In this document: piece after piece, positions 49,430-62,240 of the stretch | Layout: every line of letters starts with the position of its first letter | Position numbering within the stretch: the first letter of the stretch is position 1 | NCBI GenBank assembly: GCA_051294375.1 | Contig: JBJCIZ010000028.1 | Coordinates: 1,687,479 to 1,751,478 of the forward strand | Source of the DNA: Paraspadella gotoi | Taxonomy: Eukaryota > Animalia > Chaetognatha | Reading direction: 5' to 3' | Length of the DNA stretch: 64,000 nt | The notes under the pieces: generated by a model | Told to the model about the DNA's origin: nothing | Seen by the model: the letters and a program-made list of their open reading frames with translations, nothing else | Database searches by the model: none | Made by a program: the position numbers and the translations under genes

Positions 49430-52328
49430 TGTACCCGAGTCTTCTCGCGTCTCTCCGCGACGAGAATTCGCGACGACGAAACAAGGAACGACCGTCATTG
49501 CTGGAGAAGAGGAGTTTGATGTAGAAGAGGAGATTGATGGAGAAGTGGAGATTGATGTAGAAGAATAAGAAGCAGATGCTGCAGAAGAGGAAGACGAGAA
49601 AGCCGCTGGAGAAGCCGAAGGGAATGCCGCTGAAGACGACGTAGAGTTTGAGAATTCTGCTGTTGATGTTGATGGAGTAGAGGACGAGGGTGAGTCGTCG
49701 GACGCTGCAGTCGCGGGTAAGGCCGAAGACGACGACGATAATTCCGACGACGGAGAAGACGTTGCATCGGGTGAGTTCGAAGGTGAGGCCGATGTCGTTA
49801 ATAGGGAAGATGACAAAGGAGACGACGAAAGCGAAGACGATGACAAAATGTGGGAAGATGACAGAGAAGACGACGTGACGTTGTTAAGAGTTGACGATGG
49901 AGACGATGACAAAGGAAGGGAGGACGGTAAGGAAGATGGCAACGAAGGTGGCAACGACTCGGAAGATGGCGTCGATTCTGCCGCCAAAGATGTCGCTGNN
50001 NNNNNNNNNNNNNNNNNNNNNNNNNNNNNNNNNNNNNNNNNNNNNNNNNNNNNNNNNNNNNNNNNNNNNNNNNNNNNNNNNNNNNNNNNNNNNNNNNNNN
50101 NNNNNNNNNNNNNNNNNNNNNNNNNNNNNNNNNNNNNNNNNNNNNNNNNNNNNNNNNNNNNNNNNNNNNNNNNNNNNNNNNNNNNNNNNNNNNNNNNNNN
50201 NNNNNNNNNNNNNNNNNNNNNNNNNNNNNNNNNNNNNNNNNNNNNNNNNNNNNNNNNNNNNNNNNNNNNNNNNNNNNNNNNTCTCCCAACGACGATTTCC
50301 GAATTCGAGTCTTCGAACTTTAAATTGGCGACCTCCGATAGGGTGGAGTGAAAAACAAAAAATTTGGAATCGAAATTTTAAGGAATTAATTAAAAAAAAT
50401 CTAGTCCAGTATCGTATAAAATTTTAAAAATCAATTTATTTAAATATTTTTATCTATATTTTTATTTTTTATATAATATACATACTAAATTTTCAAATTT
50501 CATTTTATTTTATTANNNNNNNNNNNNNNNNNNNNNNNNNNNNNNNNNNNNNNNNNNNNNNNNNNNNNNNNNNNNNNNNNNNNNNNNNNNNNNNNNNNNN
50601 NNNNNNNNNNNNNNNNNNNNNNNNNNNNNNNNNNNNNNNNNNNNNNNNNNNNNNNNNNNNNNNNNNNNNNNNNNNNNNNNNNNNNNNNNNNNNNNNNNNN
50701 NNNNNNNNNNNNNNNNNNNNNNNNNNNNNNNNNNNNNNNNNNNNNNNNNNNNNNNNNNNNNNNNNATCCTTGGAACGGCTCGTCCAGTGGCGCTTCGTCG
50801 GCGGCGAAGTAGAGAGAGTCTTCCCCGTCGCCGGAGGAAGACCAGAAGAAGTCGGTCTTCAAGTAGAAATCCTCTCCGGATCCTTCGGCCGGAAAATCGG
50901 TGGCTTTTGCCGAGAAATCCACTGATTTGACCGGAAAATCGGCGGATTTGGCCGGGAAATCAGTAGATTTGGCCGGGAAATCGGCGGATCTGTCGATAAA
51001 TTTTGGATCGGCCGAGATTGACGATTCGCGAGAACCGGCAGAGTCAGTCTCGGCGAGGCCTTTGCCGAGAGACTTTGCCGAGAGAGAGGAGGCGGAGGAG
51101 GCAGTCGACGCTCCGTTGGATTCTTTCAGCAAAGACGCCAATGACGACGCCGCTTTTTCCAGGACGGAATCGGCGCCGGACCCCGGTGGGCGTGACGACG
51201 CCGCTGCCGGAACTGACGCCGATTTTATCGGCAAAATTCCGGAGCCGAAATCTTCGTGAAGATGAGATCGGCCGAAGGGAGGATCGTCGTTGGCTGCGGC
51301 GAAGTCGTCGTTGGCTGCGGCGAAGTCGTCGTCGTCATCTTCGTCGTAGTATTCGTCGTCGTCGTAATAATCGTCGTCGTCGATGTTGTTGTCGCCCGAA
51401 CCTCGAATCGCGTTGTTGTTGTTGTGGCCGACGAGAGAATTGAGAAAGAGTCTGAAAATGTAAAATGTAATCTATTAATATAAATTATTATTATTAATTA
51501 TTATTATTATTATTATTATTAAAATGTAAAAGAGAACGTAAGAGCGGAATGACCGTGGACGTTAGAAAGAAAAAAAAAATATAATGATCGAGTTAAGTCC
51601 TTTTCAGCTATCAAAGATACGCATGTCTCATTATTCTCTTACATTTGATCATTTATTATTTCAAATAAAGGCAGTAAGAACTTACCAAAGCCTCTTTGAG
51701 AGCGTAAAAAACTTACCTCCAGCGGGACGCGCTACCGGCCCGACTGCCCTGGAAAGAGACGAAGCAGCGCGTCTGGGAAGGACACGAGAAAGATCGTACC
51801 AGCGTCGCCGATCGGGGTAAGGAGAGGAGGAGAACAGTCGGAACGAAGAAAGGTAAGAACGGGAAAAAAAGGATGAACACATTGGACTCTCATCTCCGGA
51901 AACTGCCCCCTCTTCTCTCTCCTCTCTCTCTCCTCTGTATCTCTAACTACTAGTTCGTCTCTCTCCTGTTTTTAGGAAATATGCTGTTCCTTTTTCATAA
52001 TTCGGAGCGGTTCTGTTTGTTTACAATAATCAATTTTACCCAATTTATGAAAATTAAAAGACAAACCTAATAATTAAATTTTCTCACATTGTCCCTTCAA
52101 TTATGAGATATCTCGCCCCTGATCTTTTTTGGTATCACATTCCATTGAAAAAGCCTCCAAATCCGCCCAACTATTAAATACATCCGTTTTTTAGATAGAG
52201 ATAAATAATAATCATATAATAATAATAAATATATAATATAATCAAATATATAATAAATAAACAATAATAATAAAATATATAAGTTATAACATAAGGAGAG
52301 TGGNNNNNNNNNNNNNNNNNNNNNNNNN

Positions 52329-52361
<33 letters not shown>

Positions 52362-55300
52362 GGAAGAAGGGGGCGAAAAAATCCAGATCCCAAAGATTTA
52401 GAGAAGAAGAGATAAGTTGAAATAAAAAAAAAGAGAGGAAGAAAAAAAAAGAGAGGTGATAAAAAGAGAGAGGTGAGAGAAGATAGGTGACAAAAAAAGA
52501 AAGGGAGTAAGTTTAATGCAGGAATGAAGGTTCTCCCGTTCAAAATATTTCTATTTTTTGGACAGAAAAAACACGAAAAAAAATTTAGTTTTCCCATATT
52601 TTTAAAATTTTTTATATCTAATTTTTGTTTAGAATTTGTTAAAAAATATAATATAATATATTAATGAATGAATGAATTAATTAATTAATTAAAATATATC
52701 ATTTAAGTATAATAATATAATATAATAATTAAAGCTTAAAGTTAAAACTTGTCTCTTTCAGTATCCAGTAATCTTTGTTTTTTCACTGTCATAAAATTTA
52801 TGTGTGAATTTTTATCATTTTTATAATTTTTATTAATGTTTTTCGTGACTTGAAAAGTGAAAAAAACTTTTTCTCACATTTAATATTTTTTTTTCTCCGT
52901 CGAATGTTTAAAGTCGGTTTTCGAGGATTCAGAAAATTTAAAAAGAAATATTTTTTTAAGAATCAAGAGTATTAATTTCTTCAAAAAACATTGATTCTTT
53001 TACTCACATTAAAAAACAATTTGCCGAAGTGTTGTTTAAGCTAAGAAGCTTTAGGTAAAAAAAAAAACTTGGCAACGTTTTTTTTTCCAAAAAGAAAGAA
53101 AAAATTCGTCTTTTGTCAAAAGTGGCCAATTATAATTTCAATTTTTTATAATCTTATCCGGATGACTTTGTTGCTTTCTNNNNNNNNNNNNNNNNNNNNN
53201 NNNNNNNNNNNNNNNNNNNNNNNNNNNNNNNNNNNNNNNNNNNNNNNNNNNNNNNNNNNNNNNNNNNNNNNNNNNNNNNNNNNNNNNNNNNNNNNNNNNN
53301 NNNNNNNNNNNNNNNNNNNNNNNNNNNNNNNNNNNNNNNNNNNNNNNNNNNNNNNNNNNNNNNNNNNNNNNNNNNNNNNNNNNNNNNNNNNNNNNNNNNN
53401 NNNNNNGTCAAAAAAAAATCGGGATTAAATATAAAGCAGACGAATTGAAACAAGAATCATAGCAAATTAATTAGTTTTTAAAAAGAGGAAAGATTAAAAA
53501 AATTGGCACTATTTGCCAAAAGCATTTTCATTTTCGGTTTTTATATCAGTTATTAAAAAATTGACATAAATTGAGATAGAAATCTTTGGCTTCTGTTTAT
53601 AAAAATCTTAGGGACAATATGAATTGTTTTAAATCCGTAAAAAGTTGAAAAAAAATTTAAATCCGGAAATCATCGTGAAAGTTTTTAATTTAAGATGCAA
53701 ATTGCTTGTGAAACTAAGAAAATTACACAAGTTCAAAAGAGTTTGGAAAAAGAAAAAAAGAAAGAAAGAAAGAAAGAGAGAANNNNNNNNNNNNNNNNNN
53801 NNNNNNNNNNNNNNNNNNNNNNNNNNNNNNNNNNNNNNNNNNNNNNNNNNNNNNNNNNNNNNNNNNNNNNNNNNNNNNNNNNNNNNNNNNNNNNNNNNNN
53901 NNNNNNNNNNNNNNNNNNNNNNNNNNNNNNNNNNNNNNNNNNNNNNNNNNNNNNNNNNNNNNNNNNNNNNNNNNNNNNNNNNNNNNNNNNNNNNNNNNNN
54001 NNNNNNNNNNNNNNNNNNNNNNNNNNNNNNNNNNNNNNNNNNACAAACGAATAATACTAATCGATTAATTAATCAATAATTTAAATAATTGATTAATTAA
54101 TTGATTATTATTTATTATTAAAAGGGCCCCTTTATCCTCTCGCAAAGAAACTCACTTTGAGCGAAAAGCTTCGTCGTCGAAATAAGTGATCAAGTCCGCC
54201 AGAGGAAAAATACTTTTCCTTCTGTCCTTGTTGTTGTTGTTCTTGTCGTTGTCGTCGACTCCATCTCTGTCGTTGTTGTTGTTTATATTCCCCTCTTCCT
54301 CCGGTCCTCCTTCCGCCGCCCGCAGTCTCTCCGCCGCCACCGCAGCCGCCGCTCTTTGCAGCAACTTCTCACTCTGCAGCAACTTTTCGCTCTGCAGCAA
54401 TCTTCCTCCACGCAGCAACTCACGTCCTGCAACTCCGATTTTCTCTCCTCTAGAAATTCTTTGTCCGTGAACTTTTCCTGAATCTTTCTCGTCCTTTTGA
54501 TTCAAATTCCCACCATTCTGAATCTTTCCAACCTCTCCTTCATGCACAATTCTCNNNNNNNNNNNNNNNNNNNNNNNNNNNNNNNNNNNNNNNNNNNNNN
54601 NNNNNNNNNNNNNNNNNNNNNNATCTTTCTCGTCCTTTAAATTCAAATTCCCACCATTCTGAATCTTTCCAACCTTTCCTTCATGCACAATTCTCTGATT
54701 ATGAATCTTTCCAACCTCTTCATTCAATAACCCCCGATTCTGAATCTTTCCGGCTTCTTTTTTATTCGAATTATTCCGATTCTGAATCTTTCTCACCTCC
54801 TTTCTATTCAAAAAACCCGGATGCTGAATCTTTTCTTCTCCTTTATCTAAAACTCTTCGATTCTGAATCTTCCCCACCTCCTCTTCATTCAAAATCTCCC
54901 GATTCTGAATCTTCCCCACCTCCTCAACATTCATATTTCCCTCTCTCNNNNNNNNNNNNNNNNNNNNNNNNNNNNNNNNNNNNNNNNNNNNNNNNNNNNN
55001 NNNNNNNNNNNNNNNNCGCCAGAGGGATTCCGCGACTTCACGGAGATTTGCCGGTCTCGCTGTAGCCTCGACTTCGTCTCTCGCCGGTCTCGCTGTATCG
55101 TCGGGATCGCTGTCTTCCGAAGATGATTCTCGTTCTAAAGATGCGTCTTGCCGCAAAGATACGACTTGCCGCAAAGATGCTGCAAGTTTCGGAGATGCTT
55201 TATCTTCCACTGACGCTTCGCGAGCCAAAGATGCTTCCTGCCGCAACGATGCTCCTTGTCGAAACGATTCGCCCTGCCGCAAAGATACGCCTTGCCGCAA

Positions 55301-56880
55301 AGATGCCCCTTGCTGCAAAGAAGCGCCTTGCAGTGAAGATGCCCCTTGCCGCAACGATGCTCCTTGCTCCAATGATTCCCTTTGCCGCAAAGAAGTTCCC
55401 CATTTCATCTCCAAATCTTTAACCGACGTTTTTCCCTTAAAATTTCCACGGTCGCTCAAAACTCTGCCCCGAAACCTTCTGACCCTTTTAGGGTCTAACC
55501 GGTTCGACGATTCTCTATCCTCTTTTGGGTNNNNNNNNNNNNNNNNNNNNNNNNNNNNNNNNNNNNNNNNNNNNNNNNNNNNNNNNNNNNNNNNNNNNNN
55601 NNNNNNNNNNNNNNNNNNNNNNNNNNNNNNNNNNNNNNNNNNNNNNNNNNNNNNNNNNNNNNNNNNNNNNNNNNNNNNNNNNNNNNNNNNNNNNNNNNNN
55701 NNNNNNNNNNNNNNNNNNNNNNNNNNNNNNNNNNNNNNNNNNNNNNNNNNNNNNNNNNNNNNNNNNNNNNNNNNNNNNNNNNNNNNNNNNNNNNNNNNNT
55801 TCGACGATTCTCTATCCTCTTTATTTTCTCGCTTCAACTTTCTTCTTCCTTCAAGACGATGATTTTTCGAAATCGATTCTTCAAAATTGATTTTCTTTTC
55901 TTTTCCGAAAACAGATTCGATGGCAGCGGCGATTTTCGCCTTCATGACGTCGTCCTCGGTCTTTCTTTCTACTCTCTTTCTTTCCATCCCTTCTATTTCC
56001 ATTCTTTCTCTTTCCATCCCTTCTCTTTTCACTCCTCTTTCCACGCCGTTTCTTTCCAACGGTTTACTTTGTATACCGATGAATGCCATGCTTTCTAATT
56101 CTTTTGTATTTCTTTCTACTCTCGTTCTTTTCATTCCTTCTCTTTCCACTCCTTCTCTTTCCACTCCTTCTCTTTCCACTCCTCTTTCCATCCCTTTTCT
56201 TTCAATCTCAGTCTTTAATCCATTCGCGTAGTCAACATTTATACCCGAATTAATTTCTTCATCTTTTTTTTCATCATTTAATTTGTTTGATTCCTTTGAA
56301 TTTTTCAGTTTCTGCGCAAAAGTTGAACCTAGAAGGAAAGATAAAAAAAATAGTCGAAACAGACCGACCGACAGATCAAAATTATAAATTTGACTTTATT
56401 TTTCCAAAACGTCCCGTTTCATCTAAAAAAAAACGGAATTAATTTAGGTCAGAGTTTAAAATTTAGAATTTGGGTTATGTATTACGGTTAAAATTAACTT
56501 CAATGATAAAGGAACAACAATAAGGCGTTTTTAAAAAAGAGAGCCAAAGATTTAAATGAAAAAAACATTGTCATTTGCTAAATTTCATAATCTGTTTCGT
56601 TTATAGTTAAATTTCTCCTGTGACTTAAGATAGAATCCACAAATAAATAATAAACTTACCCTCTCTCTCTNNNNNNNNNNNNNNNNNNNNNNNNNNNNNN
56701 NNNNNNNNNNNNNNNNNNNNNNNNNNNNNNNNNNNNNNNNNNNNNNNNNNNNNNNNNNNNNNNNNNNNNNNNNNNNNNNNNNNNNNNNNNNNNNNNNNNN
56801 NNNNNNNNNNNNNNTCTCTCTCTCACAGACTCACCCAATAAAGCCGCGATTACGAACAGACGCCAGCGCCAACCTCCCAT
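49430..56880 (-). CDS. Large secreted low-complexity proteoglycan/mucin-like protein (multi-exon, may continue further 3')
   Basis: Signal-like exon 56835-56880 (MGGWRWRLFVIAALL, GTGAGT donor). A large repeat exon 54156-56328 ends in a GTGAGT donor that joins in phase to the acceptor at 51451 (..DDEAFRSK-LFLNSLVG..), followed by an acidic SG-rich region and a Ser-rich segment at ~49430-49998. Confidence 0.6.
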
Positions 56881-58368
56881 GACGGAAAAAAATATGGAGG
56901 CGCAGACTCGAGGAAAATTAAAAAAAAAAATAATTTCCTAACAGCATCTGGAGATTTAAAATTATATACTTATTTGATTGTTTTTAATTCACTTCGTTTA
57001 AAAGACAAAAAAAAGTTCCAAAGTTTAATAAAAACATTTTTTTATTAAAAAAAAAAATTAAACTTTTATATCGTCGAACGTTTTTCGTTTTTATGAAAAA
57101 AGAAAGAAGAAAAATTCCATTTTTTGTTTTGTTTTTAGAATAAAAAAAAGTTTTTGATTTCGATTGTTCATTTGTTGACAAAAACAATTTCATTTTTTTC
57201 GTTACGTAAACTTTGTACGAAAAATACATTTTTGATTGAAGAATTTTATCGCAAAGGATGTGATGTCGCCGACTCGTGCTATTGTAAATTGTAAAATGNN
57301 NNNNNNNNNNNNNNNNNNNNNNNNNNNNNNNNNNNNNNNNNNNNNNNNNNNNNNNNNNNNNNNNNNNNNNNNNNNNNNNNNNNNNNNNNNNNNNNNNNNN
57401 NNNNNNNNNNNNNNNNNNNNNNNNNNNNNNNNNNNNNNNNNNNNNNNNNNNNNNNNNNNNNNNNNNNNNNNNNNNNNNNNNNNNNNNNNNNNNNNNNNNN
57501 NNNNNNNNNNNNNNNNNNNNNNNNNNNNNNNNNNNNNNNNNNNNNNNNNNNNNNNNNNNNNNNNNNNNNNNNNNNNNNNNNAGTTGTGCCATTCAAATTG
57601 ACAGAACAACGACGACGACGACGACGACGACGACGACAACTCTGTTAACGAAAACAAAAGATAACGCATCTCTTTAAATTGAAACTATTCTTAACTAATT
57701 CAACTTTCAACTAGCAACTGTCAACTAATAATTCAATCTTTTGATGACTAATTTAACTATTACCTATTTAATATCAACTATTAATACAACCTATTTATCA
57801 CTAATTTAAATATTACCCTATCTTCTAAATCTGATTTGTTTTTCTTTTGTTTTCTTTTGTTTTCTTTTGTTTTCTTTTGTTTTGTTTTCTTTNNNNNNNN
57901 NNNNNNNNNNNNNNNNNNNNNNNNNNNNNNNNNNNNNNNNNNNNNNNNNNNNNNNNNNNNNNNNNNNNNNNNNNNNNNNNNNNNNNNNNNNNNNNNNNNN
58001 NNNNNNNNNNNNNNNNNNNNNNNNNNNNNNNNNNNNNNNNNNNNNNNNNNNNNNNNNNNNNNNNNNNNNNNNNNNNNNNNNNNNNNNTCCATTTCCGTCC
58101 ATTTTTCTTCCCTTTAAATGGAAACAAAACGAAGCGATTCCCTTTCGTCTGTTGTCGTTCGAAAAGCGTCACGGACAAAAGACTTCGAATAGCCGTGGCC
58201 ACTATGAGATTAGTGGCGCCGCCCGACGCCGTCGCGCCGCGCCGCTTCGTCCGTTCGGCGGCGCTCTTTCTCGTCCGGCGTTCCGACGAGGAATCGACGC
58301 CGGAAGATTGTCTCGCCTCCGGCGAATTTTTTCTGCTCTTTTTCTCTCCGTCGCCGGAAGAGGGCGCG

Positions 58369-58400
<32 letters not shown>

Positions 58401-59850
58401 TTCGTCGGTGGTTACGATACGGGCGCTCTTCGGGTGGCGCTCTCCGGCGTCGTTAGGGTGAGAAATGACGCCGATAATGGAACATTTGCCGATCTGTCGA
58501 CGCCCGGAGTAAAAAAAAAGGATTGATTGATCGACTTATTGAATAATTTAATAAGATTAAAATATAAAATGAAAAAAATGAAAATACTTATAACACATAT
58601 TAAATATAATATATATATATTGGTTGTACGAATTTCATAAGTCAGGGACAAGATAGCTTATTTATTAAATGAATGGATAATTTTTATATTGGTTGTACCA
58701 ATTTCATAATATATAATACGTAAAATACAAAATTGTAAGTAATGTTAGGTAATTAACTAAACCTGTTTCGTAAGAATTCCCGTATTTTTGACTCCCGGAA
58801 TTCGATCCACGTGAAAAAATCTTTGGTTCGAAAACAAAATAACCATCGTCGGTCGGTCGGTCCGTCTGTCTGTAGGTCGGTCAGTCTGTAGGTCCGTCCG
58901 TCTGTAGGTCGGTCAGTCTGTAGGTCGGTCAGTCTGTTGTCGGTCGGTCAGCCTGTCGTCGTCGTTTAAAAAATGTTTTTTGTTTTTTTTTCAGTTTTGT
59001 TTTGACGCGAAGAAGGGACGATTTGCAAATTATATTTTTTTAAATTGTTTTTACTTGATTTGATTTTTTTAATTTTTTAAACATTTTTCAATTTGTTTTC
59101 ATTAGCTTTAATTNNNNNNNNNNNNNNNNNNNNNNNNNTTGGCCATTAAATTGGTAAAACCAATAAAACAATTAATATGATAATTTAATCCGTAAGCTGT
59201 CTTGCCCATGACTTTTTCCAGACTCAGGTTGTTTAATTTGAAAAAAAAAATTAATTTAAAAAAAAAGCAGCTTTTCTTATAACCCCGAAAACATTTAAAC
59301 ATTTCAACCGTAGAATGGGAAAAAGTTTTCTTTTTCATCAAGAAAATTTGAAGGCGGGAATAATTTGGTTTTAATGGAAACCGATTTCGACGATTTNNNN
59401 NNNNNNNNNNNNNNNNNNNNNNNNNNNNNNNNNNNNNNNNNNNNNNNNNNNNNNNNNNNNNNNNNNNNNNNNNNNNNNNNNNNNNNNNNNNNNNNNNNNN
59501 NNNNNNNNNNNNNNNNNNNNNNNNNNNNNNNNNNNNNNNNNNNNNNNNNNNNNNNNNNNNNNNNNNNNNNNNNNNNNNNNNNNNNNNNNNNNNNNNNNNN
59601 NNNNNNNNNNNNNNNNNNNNNNNNNNNNNNNNNNNNNNNAAAAACTAAAAGAGAAGGAAGAAATTTTTTTGTGCCCGTGGGTCATCTTAGTCGACAGTCG
59701 GTCAGGAACGAGAGCATGGCGAACAGACTTGCGGCATGCCAAAGCATGAAGGGACGAAGAAGTATGGCTTGGGGGAGGCATGGTATTCAGCGGTGGCGAA
59801 ATTTTATGAGAATTACGCAAATAATTTCTATAACGACATAAATAACGAAT

Positions 59851-60062
59851 TTAGACTAGAGTAGACTAGGCTAGTCTAGACTGAACTGGACTAGACTAGA
59901 CTGAACTAGACTAGACTAGACTGAACTAGACTAGACTACACTAGATTAGACTGAACTAGACTAGTCTAGACTAAACTAGACTAGACGAGAATAGACTAGA
60001 CTAAACTGAACTATACTAGACTAGACTAAACTAGACTGAACTAGACTAGACTAGAAAGACTA
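59851..60062. repeat. (ACTAG)n / (ACTGA)n pentanucleotide satellite
   Basis: Directly visible. Confidence 0.9.
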
Positions 60063-60367
60063 AAAAGAATCCTAATCCGGCCACTGCTTTCGTTATATAA
60101 CAGACTTTATTTACAAATATATAATTCATAATCATAATGATATGAAATTCTTTCTTCAATTATCCATTGCTATACGTAGTAAAACGGAAAAAAAAAGATA
60201 CCTATTTTAGCATTCTATTTATTTTTTAATATAATCTTAATTATTTAATTTTTAAATTTTCTCCTTCTCTTCCTCTTCTTCTTCTTCCTCCTCTTCCTCC
60301 TCATTTTCCTCTTAATAAAGATAATTACCTGAAGCGATAAGCATCTCATGGAAAAGCCAAAAACCAG

Positions 60368-60439
<72 letters not shown>

Positions 60440-60469
60440 TCTCCAACTTCGTACTATCATTTCTACGGG

Positions 60470-60520
<51 letters not shown>
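60368..60520. repeat. (CAT)n and (ATT)n microsatellites
   Basis: Directly visible. Confidence 0.95.
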
Positions 60521-60522
<2 letters not shown>

Positions 60523-60704
60523 GGGATTATTATTACGGATTATCGTTTCTACGGGATTATGACATTCAGCGACACCTCAGCCTCAGGTTACCAACGACCA
60601 AGACGCTTCTATTTATATAAGACACTAACAAAGAGACTGACAACAAAAGAAAAATTAAAAAAAAATAAAGACACGCGATAATTGTGGAAAAGACGCAAAG
60701 CTGC

Positions 60705-60780
60705 TCCCCCTCGGCAGCGATGGAACGGGTCCTGGGCTTGGAACCAGGCTTGAGCGTTTTCCGGGCTCCCAAAGACGGTT
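60705..60780 (-). mobile_element. SINE family 1, 3' fragment
   Basis: atggaacgggtcctgggcttggaaccaggcttgag matches the 3' part of the other two copies. Confidence 0.6.
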
Positions 60781-61680
60781 CACTCATGAAATTTTCTACA
60801 AAGGAGATAAAAATTAAATTTAATCAATATATTGTTTGTAAATTCTTACATTTAAAAAAAAAATATTCATTCACTCAATAAACATTCAGCGAAATTAATT
60901 GAAACTTAATCGCTTCTTTGGTCGATTAACTTATTTTATTGATTGATTGATTCATTAATTAATATTTTTATTGAAGTACGTCGCTATTTTAATGAATAAA
61001 ATTGTTTAAAAATGTATTCATCCCCTCCTCTTCCTCCTCCTCTTCCTCCTCTTCCTCCTCCTCTTCCTCCTTCATTTTCCTCCATTCCACTTAACAGCTG
61101 ATTTGACTAATGACGATGTTTCCACCGACGCGTCGGTTGCCATTGACGACGGATAATGCCTTATCTGTTCTTAATTTTCTAACTTTAAGAACGAATCGAA
61201 GAGCGTGGGTCTTCTTAAATGATGCATGTACATTAATTATATCTTAGCTGATTAGGAATTATATAGACTAATTGAGTTATGTTAATCCAGCTAAAAATCT
61301 ATTAATTTATTAAAAACAATATATAATATTAAAACATTAGTTTGAAGAGACAAAAATAAAACGAAAGCAAATAAAAAAAAATTCAATAATGACCAAAATA
61401 AAAAACACAATTATTCCATTATGTAACATGGAATATGTAAATGAGTATTTGGTTTACACGTAGAAAACAGATTTATGCGATAAAGAAAGAAATAAAGAGA
61501 GAGAGAGAAAGACAAAGAGAGATAGAGAGAGAGAGAGACAGAGAGAAAGAGAGAGAGATAGAGAGAGATAACTGTACCTTTTTGTTAAAGGTTACTTTAT
61601 CAACGTCATCAAAAAACCTCCCAATTAAACTGTAATCTAATTTGACAGGACTTATGAACCAGCATAAAATCAAATGATCT

Positions 61681-61713
<33 letters not shown>

Positions 61714-61959
61714 CTAGAAAGAGAGAGAGAGAGAGAGACAGAGTCAGAGTCAAACACCACAACAAAAACAGAGTAATCTCACCTACCCATCGTCTCTCCC
61801 CAAAACACTTAAAAACCTTCAAAACCCATATTATTCAAAAGTGCCCAACTTCCGCTTAAATCCAGAATTAAGTTTAAATATTAAACAAAGAGTTAAGGGT
61901 AATGTTCAAGTTAGTAATTAGAAATCGGTCAGAGATTTGGTTGAGGATTAAGATAAGGG

Positions 61960-62240
61960 CATAAAGTTAGGAATTAAAATTAGTGATTAGGATTAGAGAT
62001 TAGGATTAGGGATTAGGATTATGGATAGAAATTAATTATTAGGATTAATGATTAGGATTAGGATTAGGGATAGGATTAAGGATAGGGATTATGATTAGGG
62101 ATTAGGATTAGGGATTAAGATTTGAATTAAAGATAGGGATTAGGATTATGGATTAAGATTAGTAATTAGGATTAGGGATAGGGATTAGGGATTATGGATT
62201 AGGGTTACAGTTAGCTAATTAATGATTAAGGTTAGAGATT
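61960..62240. repeat. Degenerate (TTAGGG/TTAGGA)n tract
   Basis: ggattagggattaggatt repeats; similar shorter tracts at ~940-990 and ~4415-4520. Confidence 0.7.

Noticed and set aside
58090-59340. GC-rich exon-like blocks on the - strand (e.g. IGKCSIIGVISHPND..DDDDDD)
   Set aside because: Probably exons of some gene, but frame and identity cannot be determined; the resemblance to a Cu/Zn SOD C terminus is too weak.
61960-62240. True telomere or chromosome end
   Set aside because: The tract is degenerate (TTAGGA/TTAGGG mix), internal, and flanked by gene sequence.
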